This document shows, piece by piece, positions 13,702-29,289 of a stretch of DNA of 64,000 nt (position 1 is its first letter; each line of letters begins with the position of its first letter). The DNA lies in assembly GCA_951406725.2 (NCBI GenBank), contig OX597821.1, forward strand, positions 61,938,001 to 62,002,000. The letters run 5' to 3'. This stretch comes from Octopus vulgaris (Eukaryota). Under the pieces are notes generated by a model. That model was not told the DNA's origin and did no database searches. It was given only the letters and a program-made list of their open reading frames with translations. A program made the translations under genes and the position numbers.

Positions 13702-14681
13702 CTAGCTGTTGGAATTCAGGATGGTCATTTTTTCCAAAAATAAACACACGCACTATATATATATATATATTTCTTTTCTCGTTTACTACTTTTATTCTTT
13801 TATTATTTTAATCTCCTGTCCATTGTCCAGAAATCTTTCGTCATATGTCTGTGACCTCTTCAGCGACACTTTTTGCCATCGTGTGTATTCTTATTCCACT
13901 TACTCCATTGTGTTATTCTAAGGTCTGTATCCTTATGTGCGCATGCGTCTGTGCATGTATATGTGTGTATGAGTATACATCCATAAAATGTGCATGAATA
14001 CAAACAACGTACGAAGCGAAACCATACACAAATGCTAGAAATTTAACGGATGTCCACGACAATATCAACAATATGAATGAGAACGATAGCAGCAGCGGCA
14101 GTGACAAATAAGGAGATTACAGCAACAACAACTCCCACGATGGCAACAGCGCAGGCGAACACACAAACACAGAGAGATACAGGATCTGTACCAAATTTTC
14201 GGGTCTTAGGCCAGCAGCCGCACAATGGGGTGAGAGGATGAGGCTGAGGGGAACGCCACACTGCTGTTAAGAAAAATGACACACACATAAACATACATAT
14301 ACGCTCACATACACACGCATACACACACACATAAATATGCATATACGCTCACATACACACGCATACACACACACACAAGCACACACACAGAAACAAGGAT
14401 GCAAAAGGATGCGCACAGAAGGATACACATCTTAGAAGAACACAATGGAGTAAAGTGGAGCAAGAGCACACACGAAAACAAAAAGTGCTACTGAAGAGGT
14501 CACAATTGTGTGGCGAAAGACTTCTGGACAATGTACATGAGTTAAACAATATAAAAACAGTGATAAAGGAGAGAACAAATATAGAGTGCGTGTATTTGAC
14601 AAAAAAAGGACCATCGCGAAATACAATATCTGTTTCAACGCACAATTCACAACAGGAACCGTGTAACACAAAGTGATAATC

Positions 14682-14682
<1 letters not shown>
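13695..14682. mobile_element. Inverted pair of a ~260 bp hammerhead-bearing element (arms ~13695-13950 minus, ~14395-14682 plus)
   Basis: The arms are diverged reverse complements. Each has CTGAAGAG-GTCA..(TGAC/TGGC)-GAAA-GA(T/C)T-TC-TGGACA. Flanked by (TA)n. Confidence 0.7.
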
Positions 14683-14774
<92 letters not shown>

Positions 14775-15815
14775 ACACAAATAAGCACATGCATACTCTA
14801 AAAACATATACCACTTTCACACTTGCAACTTCTGTGGTCATACATTAAAATACCCATATACTCGCCAATATGACCATCTCCAAATATTAATACATTAGTA
14901 TACATGTACATACACACTGACGCTTTCCTCTCAAGTCTCCATGAAGAATTTCACCCTTGGTTTCTAAACTTTTGTCCTTTTTTTATCACTACCCCTACAT
15001 TTTATATCACAGCTATGATTTCTCTGTCTTTTGATGAGGAACTAACGTCCGAAGCATCTACATACTCTTCCGTTAACTTAAGTTAGCAAAGTGCATAATT
15101 ATCATTCCATTACACGGAACAAGTTGAAACTCAGCATTGCTAGTTTCCTCGCCGTTTTCAGACTGCTTATACTCACACATACACACACACACTCACATAC
15201 ACACAACTACATATAATCATACGCACGTTCCTACAAAACATTAAGTTGCATGGAGGCTGAATCAAATTGTGTGAATAATGATATGTAACTCCTACTCAAC
15301 TCATTGGCTTCCTCGTCCTTTCATTTGTACACTAACCCGTATGAATAACTGAAGCGGGTGTCCAAGAGCATATATACATATATAAGCAGTTGGATATATG
15401 ATCCTCATAGATGATCTGGTTCATCATCATTAAATATTGATATGTACATCTTATACGCAATTTCGTGCTTGTATACGTTCTTTATTGATAGCACACTCTC
15501 TCTCAACATAAAAACTTAGTCATTTGTGTTAATTCACTACATAGTCGTATTGTCAAAAGAAAAAAACACACGCAAACTCACACACAAACACTTGCACAAA
15601 CACACGTAAATGCATACATATATCATAGCGGATCTCGAAGCAAGCAAATGTTTAAGCAATACCGTGTAAATATTGGTTTAAAAACCCTTTTGCTAGTAAA
15701 ATTCGAAGATTCCTTATCCCTATATTTACACGGTTCAGTTGCTCCGAGATTTACCATTCCAAAAGTGAATTATTCATGGGATCGAAATTTATAAACTTCT
15801 AATGTCGTCAACAAT

Positions 15816-16470
<655 letters not shown>

Positions 16471-16939
16471 CATAATGCATATATGAATATTTCTTTTGTG
16501 TGCATGTATGTATGTGTGTGTGCGTGTGTGCATATATGTGTGAGGACGTGTGCGCGTGTGTGTGTATGTGTGTGTGTTTGTGAATAGCTCATTATTTTGG
16601 CCATCTCAGCCATCCTGTTGATTGATCTCTCTCGTCCTCCTTGATGTTTTATATCGTTACCTGTTTTGTGGGAGAAAAATATTAAGAGTTAACATGCTTT
16701 AAAATATGAAGTGAAGTATTCCAAAATATAGAAATAATTCATTTATGTAGAAATAAATCCCTTGATATTTTAAGTCTGCAAATCCAAGTGATGTGAAAAT
16801 AGATTTCTAAACAGATTTTAAATGTTTCAGTAACATTTCTATTCGAAATGATCGCCGATGATATTAATATGCTATTTTATATCTGTCGATCGCGACCGAT
16901 ATTTAGTGCCTACGTACTTAACTCTATATTGATTGAAAG

Positions 16940-17200
16940 TGAATGCGCGTGGCTTAGTGATTAGGGTTTCAGCATCATAATCATAGGATTGTGGTTTCGA
17001 TTCCTGGTCCGAGCGACGCGTTGTGTTCTTGAGCAAACACTTCATTTCACGTTGCTCCAGTCCACTCAGCTGGCAAAATTGAGTAACGCAGCGATGGACT
17101 AGCGTCTCGTCTAGCTGGGGAACACATACGCCATTGAAACCAGGAAACCGGGCCTATGAGCCTGGTTAGTCTTTAAAAGTGCGCATTTATTTATTTATTT
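16940..17200 (+). mobile_element. tRNA-derived CORE-like SINE family C
   Basis: A-box TGGCTTAGTG, B-box GTTTCGATTCC, CORE-like TTGTGTTCTTGAGCAAACACTT and an (ATTT)n tail. Confidence 0.8.
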
Positions 17201-18224
17201 TTATTATATTGATCGAACGCTTTTGTAGTATAATCTGTTTCTCAGAAACAACCACTCTTTTCCATAAAATATTTCTCGGTTTTTCTTACCATGGTTCAAT
17301 ATTTATGTTTCACTCTGCTTCATTGTTTGTGTCTCGTCACAACCAAAAATTTGCTTGTTACATTTTTAAGTGGTAATTCAATTATATTTATCTCTGTCTC
17401 TCTTTCTCTCTCTCTCTCACATACGCACACACATATATTAAGTGGAAATCTCTTTTTAATGTATGAACTAATGGGCTAACAGTATTGCAAGTATTATTTT
17501 GTCATATAAAACAAATAATATTGAATGTTATCTGTAAATATATTGATTTCAAATCCGTAGCCCTCACCATATAGAAAAAAAGTAGGGAAACGGAAACTGT
17601 TTGAAAATCAAGAAAAATAAAATGATTCAATCCCGACGACAGTGTTCTAGATACGACGCTTCTGTTGACCACTAAGTGTTGATAACAAACTATCCAAATC
17701 ACATCGTCTCTCTTAAGAAGCTTTAGAAACAGCAACAGTTAACACCATCACTAGGAGCAACTGATCAATCGTGCTTACGTTCGTGAAATCAGAGCCTAGC
17801 AGAATTGATAGAAACCAATTTTTAGAGGTCGATGCGAATGCTACAAGTGATCCTAGATTAATTATTTTAACTTTCCACACTAATATATATCACTAATTGA
17901 ATTAAAGTGTTATGATTTGTTTCGAGTCAGTTTTAATATTTCTTTTACCATACTTATTTATGAAATAAAATATTTATTGTACGTTAAGAAAAGATAAATT
18001 AACTCATGCACTTATGACGAGTTCTTCTCTCATAATTTGAAAGAAAAAACGTTCACTCACACACGGCTCCACATACACAAACACGCATTTATAACGCTTG
18101 CATATATATATGTGTGTATGTGTGTGTATGTGTGCGTGTACGTGTTTGTATGTTTGTGTGTGACTCTCTGGTTTGTATGTATGTATGGATATATATATAT
18201 ATATGTATAGTTGAAAATTATAAA

Positions 18225-18345
18225 AAAAAAACAGAAGACGTTGATATGTGTATAAACAACGAGCAAGTGTATTAATTTGACGCTCGGGAAAAATGAAAAG
18301 CCTGTTTACATTTCAAGCCGTACTCTCTTTGACAGGAAGGAATAA
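18225..18345 (-). mobile_element. Degenerate PLE-type terminal fragment (same family as 13.5 kb)
   Basis: Reverse complement reads CTGTCAAAGAGAGTACGGCTTGAAATGT...CCCGAGCGTCAAATTAATACAC. Confidence 0.5.
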
Positions 18346-18630
18346 GGACGAAAAACACGTGTATTGATCAATAGTCCAGCATGCTGATGACTGAAAAAAA
18401 AGGGTTGAAAGAAAGGGAGATGACAATAGTGCTGGCGATCCCAATAAAAGAAGGTGAGCCTGCGTGTGTGTGTATGTGCGAATGGTGTGTGCGCGCGTGT
18501 AACGTGTTTGTGTGTGTTGTGTGCAGTAGTTGATGTGACTTTTCGCGTGGTGTGTACTCATGTGTGTGTGTCTGCGACGTGACTGTCTGCATGTGTACGG
18601 CCTACGTATGTGGGCGAGAGTTATCTTTCA

Positions 18631-18722
<92 letters not shown>

Positions 18723-19574
18723 CATATATATATACACATGTGTGTATTTATGCATCTATTTATCTATTGCTCTCTCTCCGTCTTTGTATAATATATACAT
18801 ATATGTATATATACATACATATATATATATACAGTGTGTGCATCTGTGAGAGTGACGGAGGGTGAAAAGGGAAACAGATGGGAATACACACATTCGCGTT
18901 CAAGCATTACCGGTAAATTTCCAATTAATATCAGGTTTATTACCTCATATTTTTAAGGCTGTATGTCACTTTGGAGTACCTTGCCTTTTCTAGAATACAA
19001 ATTAGACCAAAAACGTACTTGTAAATTCAGATTTTGGAATATGTTAGTTATAAGTTGCGTAGTGTAATGAATAAATTACCTGTAAATATAGCAATACTTC
19101 AACATATGATTTATTCGGACCGTTTCCGAGTGTGTCACATGACAACTACACTTTTTCTAGTAGAAAAAAAAAACGAAATATATTTAACAAATTTAAATTA
19201 AATAAATACTTCTGAGTAACATAGTTAATATTTGATTAATTTTCATAAGCTGGTGAGTTCGTACACTCTGCGTTATTTATATATTCACGCGGCATTGACA
19301 ATAAGTATATTTTATACAGCATAATGAGAATTTAGATTACACAGAGCTGTTTGCTTTAAATTCATATTCTAAATTGACATTTTAACATAACACTAATATA
19401 TACATGATTTCTGGAACTTGTAGCTCTTTAAGCAATCAATATATTTTCCTGCCGCCAAGTACGTATATACAATCGTATAAATAATATTTTTAAATGCATC
19501 ATTTTATGTAGACGCATACGCAAACAAACACACACATGCACAAACTACACGCATATAAATACACAATCACACAC

Positions 19575-19632
<58 letters not shown>

Positions 19633-19750
19633 GTGTGTGTGTGTGTGTGTAAAGTGTAGTATATGCATATACAAATATGTTCATGCGTAAATGCGTGCGT
19701 CAGTGCATATATGCGCACATGTGAATGTATATGTGTGCTTGTGTGTATGG

Positions 19751-19798
<48 letters not shown>

Positions 19799-21507
19799 TC
19801 GTGTTTGCATGTAAACGCTTTTCGCTTAATATTTATACATTTAATGCTTTAATATTTATACATTTGCGCTGATTTTTAAATTTATCTCCTTTCAAACTAA
19901 TGTTGTTTGTTTTGAAAAGGAGATCAAATAGAATCTCCTAAGTTTTACTTTATCGATATTTTATAGTAGTAAATATTTCAATGTAGCCTGACGATCTAAT
20001 TAGCTTGCATTCACTCAGCTATTCTGCATGATCAGTAAATGAAAAAACCTAACTAAACAAGAAGCCAGAGGATGAACAGTATAATACATTATATTAACAT
20101 CAATATTAGCTAATAATTGCATGTTAACAGAAGATAATAGTGTGTTATACAATTTAAAACACAGACCCTTCACTACCTTTAAATCGTACTGGCTTTTCTC
20201 AAGTCAATATAATTACTTTCTTTGGATTTTATATTTTTATAGAATTTAACGGATAAACTTCATAAGCCATACATCAATATAACCAAATACAGGGCATTAG
20301 TGCGTACTATGTACACGCATGTATATATCACCCATCTGTGTCACTCCTTTTTCTCTATTTTTTGTCTCTATATACACATACATAGAGATATGCACACATA
20401 TATATGCATATATATATATATAAATATATATATGCATGCATATAAATACCTGTTCTTGCAAATATATGTATATATATATATATGTACACACACACACAAA
20501 CACACATATATACATATATATATGATATGATTGAGAAAACTATGTGAATGCGCTTTTGGTAGCTAAATTGATTAGTCCTCATTTAAAACTTATCGATAGA
20601 GTTCATAGTAGCCTCTGTGTAACTATATAGTCTTGATGTTAGATATTTTTATACTAATCCATGTTACATGAATGATGCGTTCATTTAATTGTGATGGCAT
20701 GTTTACTGAGTTTTAACATTTTGTATTGACATCAAAAACTATTGTGTAATCATCTAATAACACGTACTTTTATCTAGAGAACGAGTGCCCTGGAAATAAA
20801 ATACTTATTCAGCTAAAAATATGCTTAATAAGAGCTATTTCCCATAAGAAAGTGAATTCGATCTCTGACATGTTCTCATATACATCTATATACATTACTA
20901 GACGGGCACTAAAAATTTATTGTGACTCAATATAGTTTTCAAAGAAACCACTTAATATGTATAAACTGTGACATATATATGGCACGTATTCTTATGTAAT
21001 CTATCTTCGAACACCAGGTATGAAACATAGCGATACCATAGAGAAGATCAATAATGCCTTTAGTCATCCTAAAATTCTCATACGAGAAGGAGCATTTTAT
21101 CACCCCATCCGTTTGACCCCATACATTTTTGCACGTTAGCAGTCTTCTTTTGCTCCTCATTTATATTACTCATCCTGTTTTTAGTGTACTGATTCTCTTT
21201 CCGCCATATAGGTTTTCCGCCTGATAAAGTCAAAAAATACCTCTGAAATCACAATTTCTTTGCAGTAGATCAGCGCCTTCTAAAAATAAATCCCAAATAA
21301 CTACAGATAAAACATGTTAAATCAAATGTGATCTACAGATAGAAAAAGGCTTTGAAGTCTTAGTAAAAATTAAAAATATATATCCTGCTCCTAAAAATTT
21401 GTGAGAAATAGTTCAATTCAATATTTGTGTTATTTTATAAACAACTGCGCATAAAAAAGACATTTACATACATATGCACAGTTATATATATATATATATA
21501 TATATAT

Positions 21508-21843
21508 ACTGCAAATTTAGGGTGAATATTTGATAAGTGTAAGCACCTGTATATGCCAGATAGTGGCAGAGGTGAGAGGGAATATATCAAATAAACTCAA
21601 AAACAGAACACAAAGTGTATCACAGTACACGTGTTTCGAACTTTATAAACGACTCCTTTCTTAAATCAGTGTATAATTGATACAAAATATAGTTTAAAGC
21701 TCTCTTCAGCCACAAACATTGTTATTCCAAAGAGTTACATCACACTATAAAAAATATGAAAAGTACATGTAGTATTACCCATTATAACAGGTATATTATA
21801 TCTCCCTGAGAAAGTGCATTTGTAAAATTTCATGACTGTATAA

Positions 21844-21845
<2 letters not shown>
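21508..21845 (-). mobile_element. (TA)n-flanked non-coding element with a hammerhead motif (21619-21716)
   Basis: Minus strand CTGAAGA-GAGCTTT...AAAGTTC-GAAAC-ACGT-GTA: 7 bp stem II and a palindromic loop III. Confidence 0.65.
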
Positions 21846-21892
<47 letters not shown>

Positions 21893-22495
21893 CACATATA
21901 TATGTACACACACACACACACATATATATATAAAAACACGCACCCACATATCTAATTTTGTATGTATATATTTATGTATATATCTTTTTCTTTTGAGTTA
22001 AATTTAAGTTATTCTTCATAAGATTCAAACCGGTCACTGATAAAGCAGCAAGACTTAGAGAGTCCCGCGTGTTTATAAACATGTGGTTGAGTTGATGTGT
22101 TGATCCATACACCTACGTTGTGCACATCTATTCACATGAGATATTTTAAAAATATCTTAAAGGTCTTCTTTGTGCCACTAATTGTTTGGACTTCGAGAAT
22201 CTGCGTCAGTATCATTTGCATTTTCTTCCGTAAAATCGAGCATTTCAAGGTTCTTGTGCAAACTTCGGCAAATTTCTTGGTACATAACTTAATGCAATTA
22301 TGGTGCTAGGTACAAATGATAATTTCTAGTCGGTATACAAGAGCTGTAAATTCCGCACTTATTCGCCATAAATGTAGTCTGGTTCCTGGACATATGAATG
22401 TACATTCACATCCGTTGGACAGCTGAGATCTAGAATACTGCAAGAGTTTATTTCCTATGACACATAACAATATCAGGGTGTATGCATCCATGTAT

Positions 22496-22555
<60 letters not shown>

Positions 22556-22579
22556 AGGGGGCGCATATGTGTATGTATG

Positions 22580-22610
<31 letters not shown>

Positions 22611-25600
22611 TTATGCATATATACGTATATTTAAAGATATAAATGTGTGTGTGTTTGTACTTTAGGATAATGAATCTGGACTTAATAATCATGCACTGGT
22701 TTTACTGTACATCATATTTATTGTCAATTAAGGAGATGATTAATAAATGAAGTGATTAATTGATTAATTGGTATCGCAGTTTTCTATCCCTTCAACCCGT
22801 GGCCTTATCGATTTTGATGTCCCCGTCATGCACTTCTCTAGACGTATGCCGTTTGAAGCGCAAAGGAATTGCAGATGAAACGCGTTGTTGCAGTTTGTGT
22901 GAGAAGTGTTCTGGCAAACGTATTACTTAATTACGTGATTGACTAATTTATTGATTGATTAATTATCTAATTATCTGATAATAATTTAAGGTGTTATACA
23001 AATACTGTAATATGAAACGGAATAAATAAAACAATGTATGTTCTAAGACATTATATTCCTTTAATGTCCACGATAAACAAATACGAAACTAAAATACGTT
23101 CATTGTTGAAAGAGAAGTATCGGTGCATATGAAGTAAAAATTGTAAATAACAAAGACACGTGTGTAAAGGAAAATGTTTCGTTTGCAATCTTTTGATATG
23201 ACGTAGTAACGTCAATGTCAGATATTTTAGTTAGTAGGATAAAGCTGATTGGTTCAGTGCTGTGACACAGCTGAATTTCTAGATTATTTCAGATCTATTC
23301 CAATCTTCCTTTGAGGATTTCTACATTTTGTAGTTGAAGTAACCGCTTAAAGACATGCACTGCCAATATAATATTGACCTTTAAACATGACACAAGTAAT
23401 ATCGAAAGTCATTATTAGAACTGAAATATTTTATTTCGCTTGCTGCGGATAAAACTTTAAATTCCTGCTTTGTGATTACATCCGCAATTATAATCGAACG
23501 TTCTGAGAAAAAGAGTAAGGCTCGTGACCTTTCCAGATATTCCAATATTGATGAAATTAAAGTATCGCTAATAGATGACCATGGGAAAAGGAAAAGCACG
23601 CATACGGGGAGAAACTGAATGGATCGAAGTTCTGGAGAGAAAGATATACGCGATGATTTTAATACTGGATTTGTTTGTATCGGATACAAAATGGGTGATG
23701 AGAGAAAACGGAAAGCATGTCCGAAGAGTACCTGGCTAAGTGTAGCACGCAAGCTTGTAGCAACGAGAAGCAGATACTGTTTCGAAACTCTAACATCATT
23801 AATCTGTTGGGGTATCCCAGGGAAGATAATTGTGATCTATTACTGATAGACAACAGGGTGACATCGAAATTAGGAGACGTTGAGAAGGCGAAAGTGGGAA
23901 GTAAACTGTAGAAACTTTTAAACCTTTAAACTCTTGAACTTTTTTTCATTTCTGGAAAGGAAAAAACAACCTCCTGGAATTTTAAACGAGGATATCCAAG
24001 GCCCTCCTCACAGTTCATGTACTCTATTAGAACCGTCCCCTTTCACACTGCCTCAGCTTCTCATCATTTTTACATTCTTTCATCATTTCTTCTACTTTGT
24101 CATTTTTCATTTTCAGCTTTTCCTTTCCCTATCGCCAATTGCTAATTTCCCAATTGTCACTTTCTTCTACCTGTTCAATCCTCCAGTCATTCCTCCCTTC
24201 ATTCCTCCTATCTTGTTTGCAAGTGCCTTAACTCATACCCACACTGACCTCTCTAAACTTCTCTTAGCTTAGCGTCCGCTCTTCCTTTCTGACACTACAC
24301 TTTACTCTTCTCTTTCACCCTCTCAACCACTCCTAATAACGGCATTACACTGTTGTCTATCTGTACTAGTCTAACATCATTGCCCTTGGGTGTAATGTTT
24401 CTTTCGACAAAAAATGCATTTTTACTTTATAATGCGTAGCTCTCTAATTCTAAATTGGCTAACATTTAGTGTCTTAGTTATTAATATTCCAACATTTTAA
24501 GAAACTTTAATGGCTTCTCTGGGGTGCCATATGATAAAACGCAGGAGCCATTTGCAAAATTTTTAATTATGATACTTCATCTTAGAATATATCAACACAT
24601 TGGTCAATTTCTATTAAATATTCCCTGTCCAGCAACTGCTGAATCAAGTCTAGATATTCGAATAGGGATGTTCGCTTGTCGAAACTTACTTCAGTGAAGT
24701 CGAAAAAGAAATAATCGCCGCCACTATAAATGCCACTAACTGTAATATTCTATTATATATCGGTTAAACAGCGAGAAGATTGAGTAACATTAGCGGTTAT
24801 GAATGAATGAAAAAGTTCTCCACTTCTAAATTCTCTGAGAGATTAAATTATAAACTAACACACTCTAATAGGATCCATCTTAATGCTTAATCTTAGATTT
24901 CTAAACTAAAGAGGTAAAACGCATAACATATTTCATGTTGTTATTATAAATACACATATTGTAAAAGGGTTACACATATCAGTCGACCAATTGAGATCTA
25001 CAGAGGACTCTACTTTGATTAACACAGATACACTTCAATATGCAACACAGAACATGTCAACAGCTTCTATAAACGAGAGCTGTATCTCATGAACTTTTTT
25101 TTATTTCAGCCATTTCCAACGTAAGCAAGGTGAATTTATGTTGGCAGGTTTACCCACTCATCCTTTGTTCGTATAAATTTATCGTCATAGTGCTAGTGAA
25201 ATGACTCTTCAGAATGAAATATGACAATTAATTTGAGTAAAAACACTCAATTCTACGTAAAAAGATACGGTGACAGATATTTACTTAAATGTAGTAAAAT
25301 AATGTCTAAATGCAAGAACCGCAGAAGCCTACTTTTTGAAATTCACATTTAACAATATTTTACAAATAAACAGAAAAGATATAAAATATATTCTTTTTCA
25401 TCACTTGAGAGACAATTCTATCCGGACGATATAAATCTAATGTCAGCATCTGAACTTTAGTTCGGAGCAACAAAATGAAGTATATCTGTTATTAGTTTAA
25501 TAGGGTTGTGGGAATTTAAGTTCAGCGATCAAAGACAGGCACACTGCTAACTAAAATGCATTGGACATCACTTTTGTAACATATTTATAGAGTATTGTTT

Positions 25601-27675
25601 TCAAGTGACAGATTGGCAATTCTGAAATAAATTACAACTGAGTTTACACGACCATTACGCTTAGAATTTCAAATAACAAAAGTACATTAAATGTATCACA
25701 AGTTTTATTAGGATGCATATATCTCCCTAAGTTTGTTTTATTGTAATAAATAATTTTTCAAATTATGCCATGCGTAACATTGTTTGTATGAGGGTATATT
25801 TGAGTACTCTTTGCTCTGTATTCTAATACTGGGTCAAGGGCACAAATTTTACCGATGGTATAGTATATTAAATAGTCTGCTCACATCTTTTATATTAACG
25901 ATCTAGGAAAGGTGGAAAAGGGAATTTTAATCTTGGTGGAATTGAAATGCAGGATGTAAAGTGAAGAAAAAATACCGCAAGGAATTTTGTCCAATTGTTG
26001 TAAGTTTGTTATTCCATCAGTGTAAGAGATTTTCTTTTTCTAATTTCGCCACCAGTAACAGATCGATAGCTTTACATAAAATGTAATTGTATTTTTTCTT
26101 GGATATATGTCTTTAAAGAGTGAAATATGTTTTCTTCTTGTTGGTGTCATAGACATTCAAAAGTTTAAAAAAATTAAACTGTGACATATGAAATATCTAT
26201 AAATATGAAACATATTTCACAGAAAAAATATTGTTTTTCAAAGTTTCTTAAAAACACAGAATATTCTCTCATCGTAGATATCTAGTGGATATAGAAAAGC
26301 AAATTGTTTCTGTCTGTAAGGTATTAGACGTGATCGTTTATTTACGAATGTGACGTTTTAGCAAAATATTATGCATATATAATGCAGTCCACGGATCTAG
26401 CGATAGATTGAGATACGCCAGAAAAATAAAACCTTATGCTGATACATCAAGTCACAGACTTCTTTTGGTTGACTTTTGTTTAGCTTCTGAGAAATGCACA
26501 CGAATTATGTTTTGTCAGTTAATATTCTTGCGCAGCTTACCTGTTAGTTGTTGGTGACTTTCAAGAATTTAGTTTTATCCTTTCCCTCTACAAGTCAAAG
26601 CAATCCTCTAAAACAGTTTTACTGTCGTGCATTTAGTGACAACAAGAACCGAGCTATGCTTTGTTTTGTCAAAATCCAGTTAAATTCGTACGGTATTAGA
26701 AAAGCATACGAATGAAGGTAACGTGTACCAACTCGGTTTTGCTTTTAATCCCGAGTGAGCACTGATCTAGAAAACTTACAAGTTTTAGATATTTCTATTT
26801 TGTCATTATTTTCCATGTACACAGGATTAAGTTGTCCAATATCTCTTCCGTCAATACGATAGCTTGTCGAGTATTATTCTATAGCAGTAGGAAGTAGTTC
26901 CGGTGAATGTCAAAAATATTATTCATATCCAAATCTAAATATCGATAAAACAGGGAGTTTTAGCTGTGCCTATAAGCTATCAATACTTAGACTGATAAGG
27001 TTGTCGACGATATGAAAACTATGTATTAAAACACAAAGTATATATTTAAATGACACTCAAATTAAGAACTGATAAATAATCTACAGTTAACATATAACTA
27101 GCAACATTTCCATAAACCTGTACTTGCGATGGTTGAAACGAGTTTTGATTCGATATATTTGCGTAATTAACTCCGTTTTAACAAGTTTGCACAGCGTTCA
27201 ACTGGAATTAGATAAGTTGGAATAAGAGACTGACTACAAGAAGGCACCAAGACGTAATTACTTATCGAAGCACCAATTTTTATACAGCTACCTCTATATA
27301 TTATATAGGTGTTAATATTTAATCCTATTCACAACCGAGTAATGTGTAAATATTTGATGACCCATTAGTTGCTAATAGAAATTAAACTTCCATATAAATT
27401 CCGCTTCGACTGAATTATTAGCATACATTCTTTAATTATTCTTTCTTGATTATTTAGTAGAGATAATTTTCCCGTTTGGCAGACATAACTAATTCTTCTC
27501 ACTTGTAATTGTCCAAACAAACATATTCGGCGCGGTTCTTTTGACAGCCAATCTTTTTATGATATTTTTAAAGAATATTTATAAGTCTTGTTATAATTAT
27601 AAGATTATGTACCATAATTATATATCTTAATAATGATTTTAGTAGTAGGTTCCCTTCAATATTCGGTGACCCAGT

Positions 27676-28077
27676 AAGGTGGCGAGCTGGAAAAACGTTA
27701 GCACGCCGGGCGAAATGCTTAGCGGTATTTCGTCTGGCGTTACGTTCTGAGTTCAAATCCCGTCGAGGTCGACTTTGCCTTTCATCCTTTCGGGGTCGAT
27801 AAATTATGTACCAGTTATGCACTGGGGTCGATGCAATTGACTTAATATCTATGTTTGTCCTTCTTTGTCCCCTCTACGTTTAGCCCCTTGTGGGTAATAA
27901 AGAAATAGGTATTTCGTATGCCATTACGTTGGGAGTTCAAATTCCACCGAGGTCGACTTTGCCTTTCATTCTTTCGGGGTCGATAAATTAAGTACCAGTT
28001 GCAGTACTGTGGTCGATCTAATCGACTGGACCCTCACCCGCCAAATTTTGGGCTTTGTGCGTAGAGTGGAAAAGAAT
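27676..28077 (+). mobile_element. SINE family A, a full copy followed directly by a 5'-truncated second copy
   Basis: Copy 1 spans 27676-27907. Copy 2 restarts at GGTATTTCGT (~27908) and has a different 3' tail. Confidence 0.9.
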
Positions 28078-28499
28078 ACTTGGTGATCAGTATGGCTTAA
28101 ATGACATTTAGGGGACTCTAAAGTACGAAGTGTAAAAGTAATATCTAAGTATTAATGCAATTACGACAAACATACGAAGAATATATTTAAGAAAAATTCG
28201 AATTGACAAGAGACTTTCAGAGTATTTCTAACGTTTAAGGCATTTTAACTATGATTTCATACATTATCCATTTTTCATATCGAGCATTCTTCCTATATAT
28301 TTCCTCGGATAAACTTAAACACAGATACAGACTCGGAGACATACGTATTGGTAAAAAGTCTGTATTTAAATCTACGTCATTTAATCATGCAATCAACTTG
28401 AGTAACACGGATTCATATTGGGATACTGAATAAAATGTCGACGAGATATATTTACTAATATAATCAAAATAAGATATATTTTACAATAATTCAATAACA

Positions 28500-28740
28500 T
28501 AGACGCAGATGTGGCTGTGTGGTAAGAAGACTGCGTTTCTCCCCACTGCCACCGCTTGAAAACCGATGCTGGTGTGTTTACATCCTCTTAACTCAGCAGT
28601 TCGGAAAAGGAGACCGATAGAATAAGTAATAGAGTTGAAAGATAAAAAGAATTGGGATTAATTGATTCGACTGAAAATCCTTCAAAGCGGTACCCCAGCA
28701 TGGCTGCAGTCTAATGATTTAAACAAGTAAGAGCATAAAA
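28500..28740 (+). mobile_element. tRNA-derived SINE family B, internally deleted
   Basis: GTGGCTGTGTGGTAAGAAG head joined to CCGATGCTGGTGTGTTTAC...GAGACCGATAGAATAAGTA...CCAGCATGGCTGCAGTC. Matches 61680-62078. Confidence 0.85.
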
Positions 28741-29221
28741 TAATAAGCTACTATTTCAATGCAACGCCTAGTCAAGAAATGAAATGGACATAAAACTGGA
28801 AGCAAATATTTTCTACCGTTTTCAAAGTAAAGTGCTCAAGATTTCTTTTGCTGAATAAGCTGTAAGTTTATAAGAATTTGTATTTGTATCAGATGGAATT
28901 GAGATGAACAGAATGAACATATCATTCTCAAAAACATAGCAAAAAAGGATATATAATATTATTGCTCATTTCGAGAGCTTCATTGATACGTAATACGAAC
29001 AGATTCTAGAAGGTAGTTGAATACTTGAAACTGGGTTACAATTCAGAAGCGGTAAGTTAGGTTATTGTATGAATTCTTTGTGGAATGAAATCGAAATATA
29101 CTCATTTAATATGAAACATAGCACGTTTCAAATTACAGCCTTGATGGTTTAACTACTTGAATAAATATATAATTTAGAACACAAATACGCTATCATATAA
29201 TGTGCATACATATATATATGA

Positions 29222-29258
<37 letters not shown>

Positions 29259-29289
29259 CATGTATGTATGTATATACATATTCATATAT

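Noticed and set aside
22020-22480. Possible decayed RTE C-terminus on the minus strand
   Set aside because: Only a vague resemblance, with no intact diagnostic motif.
23190-23260. CRE-like and CCAAT motifs as a promoter
   Set aside because: Short motifs expected by chance, with no linked exon.
23381-24350. 123 aa and 112 aa ORFs, possibly a decayed PLE RT plus a CT-rich tail
   Set aside because: No reliable motifs; the 112 aa ORF reflects pyrimidine-rich low complexity.
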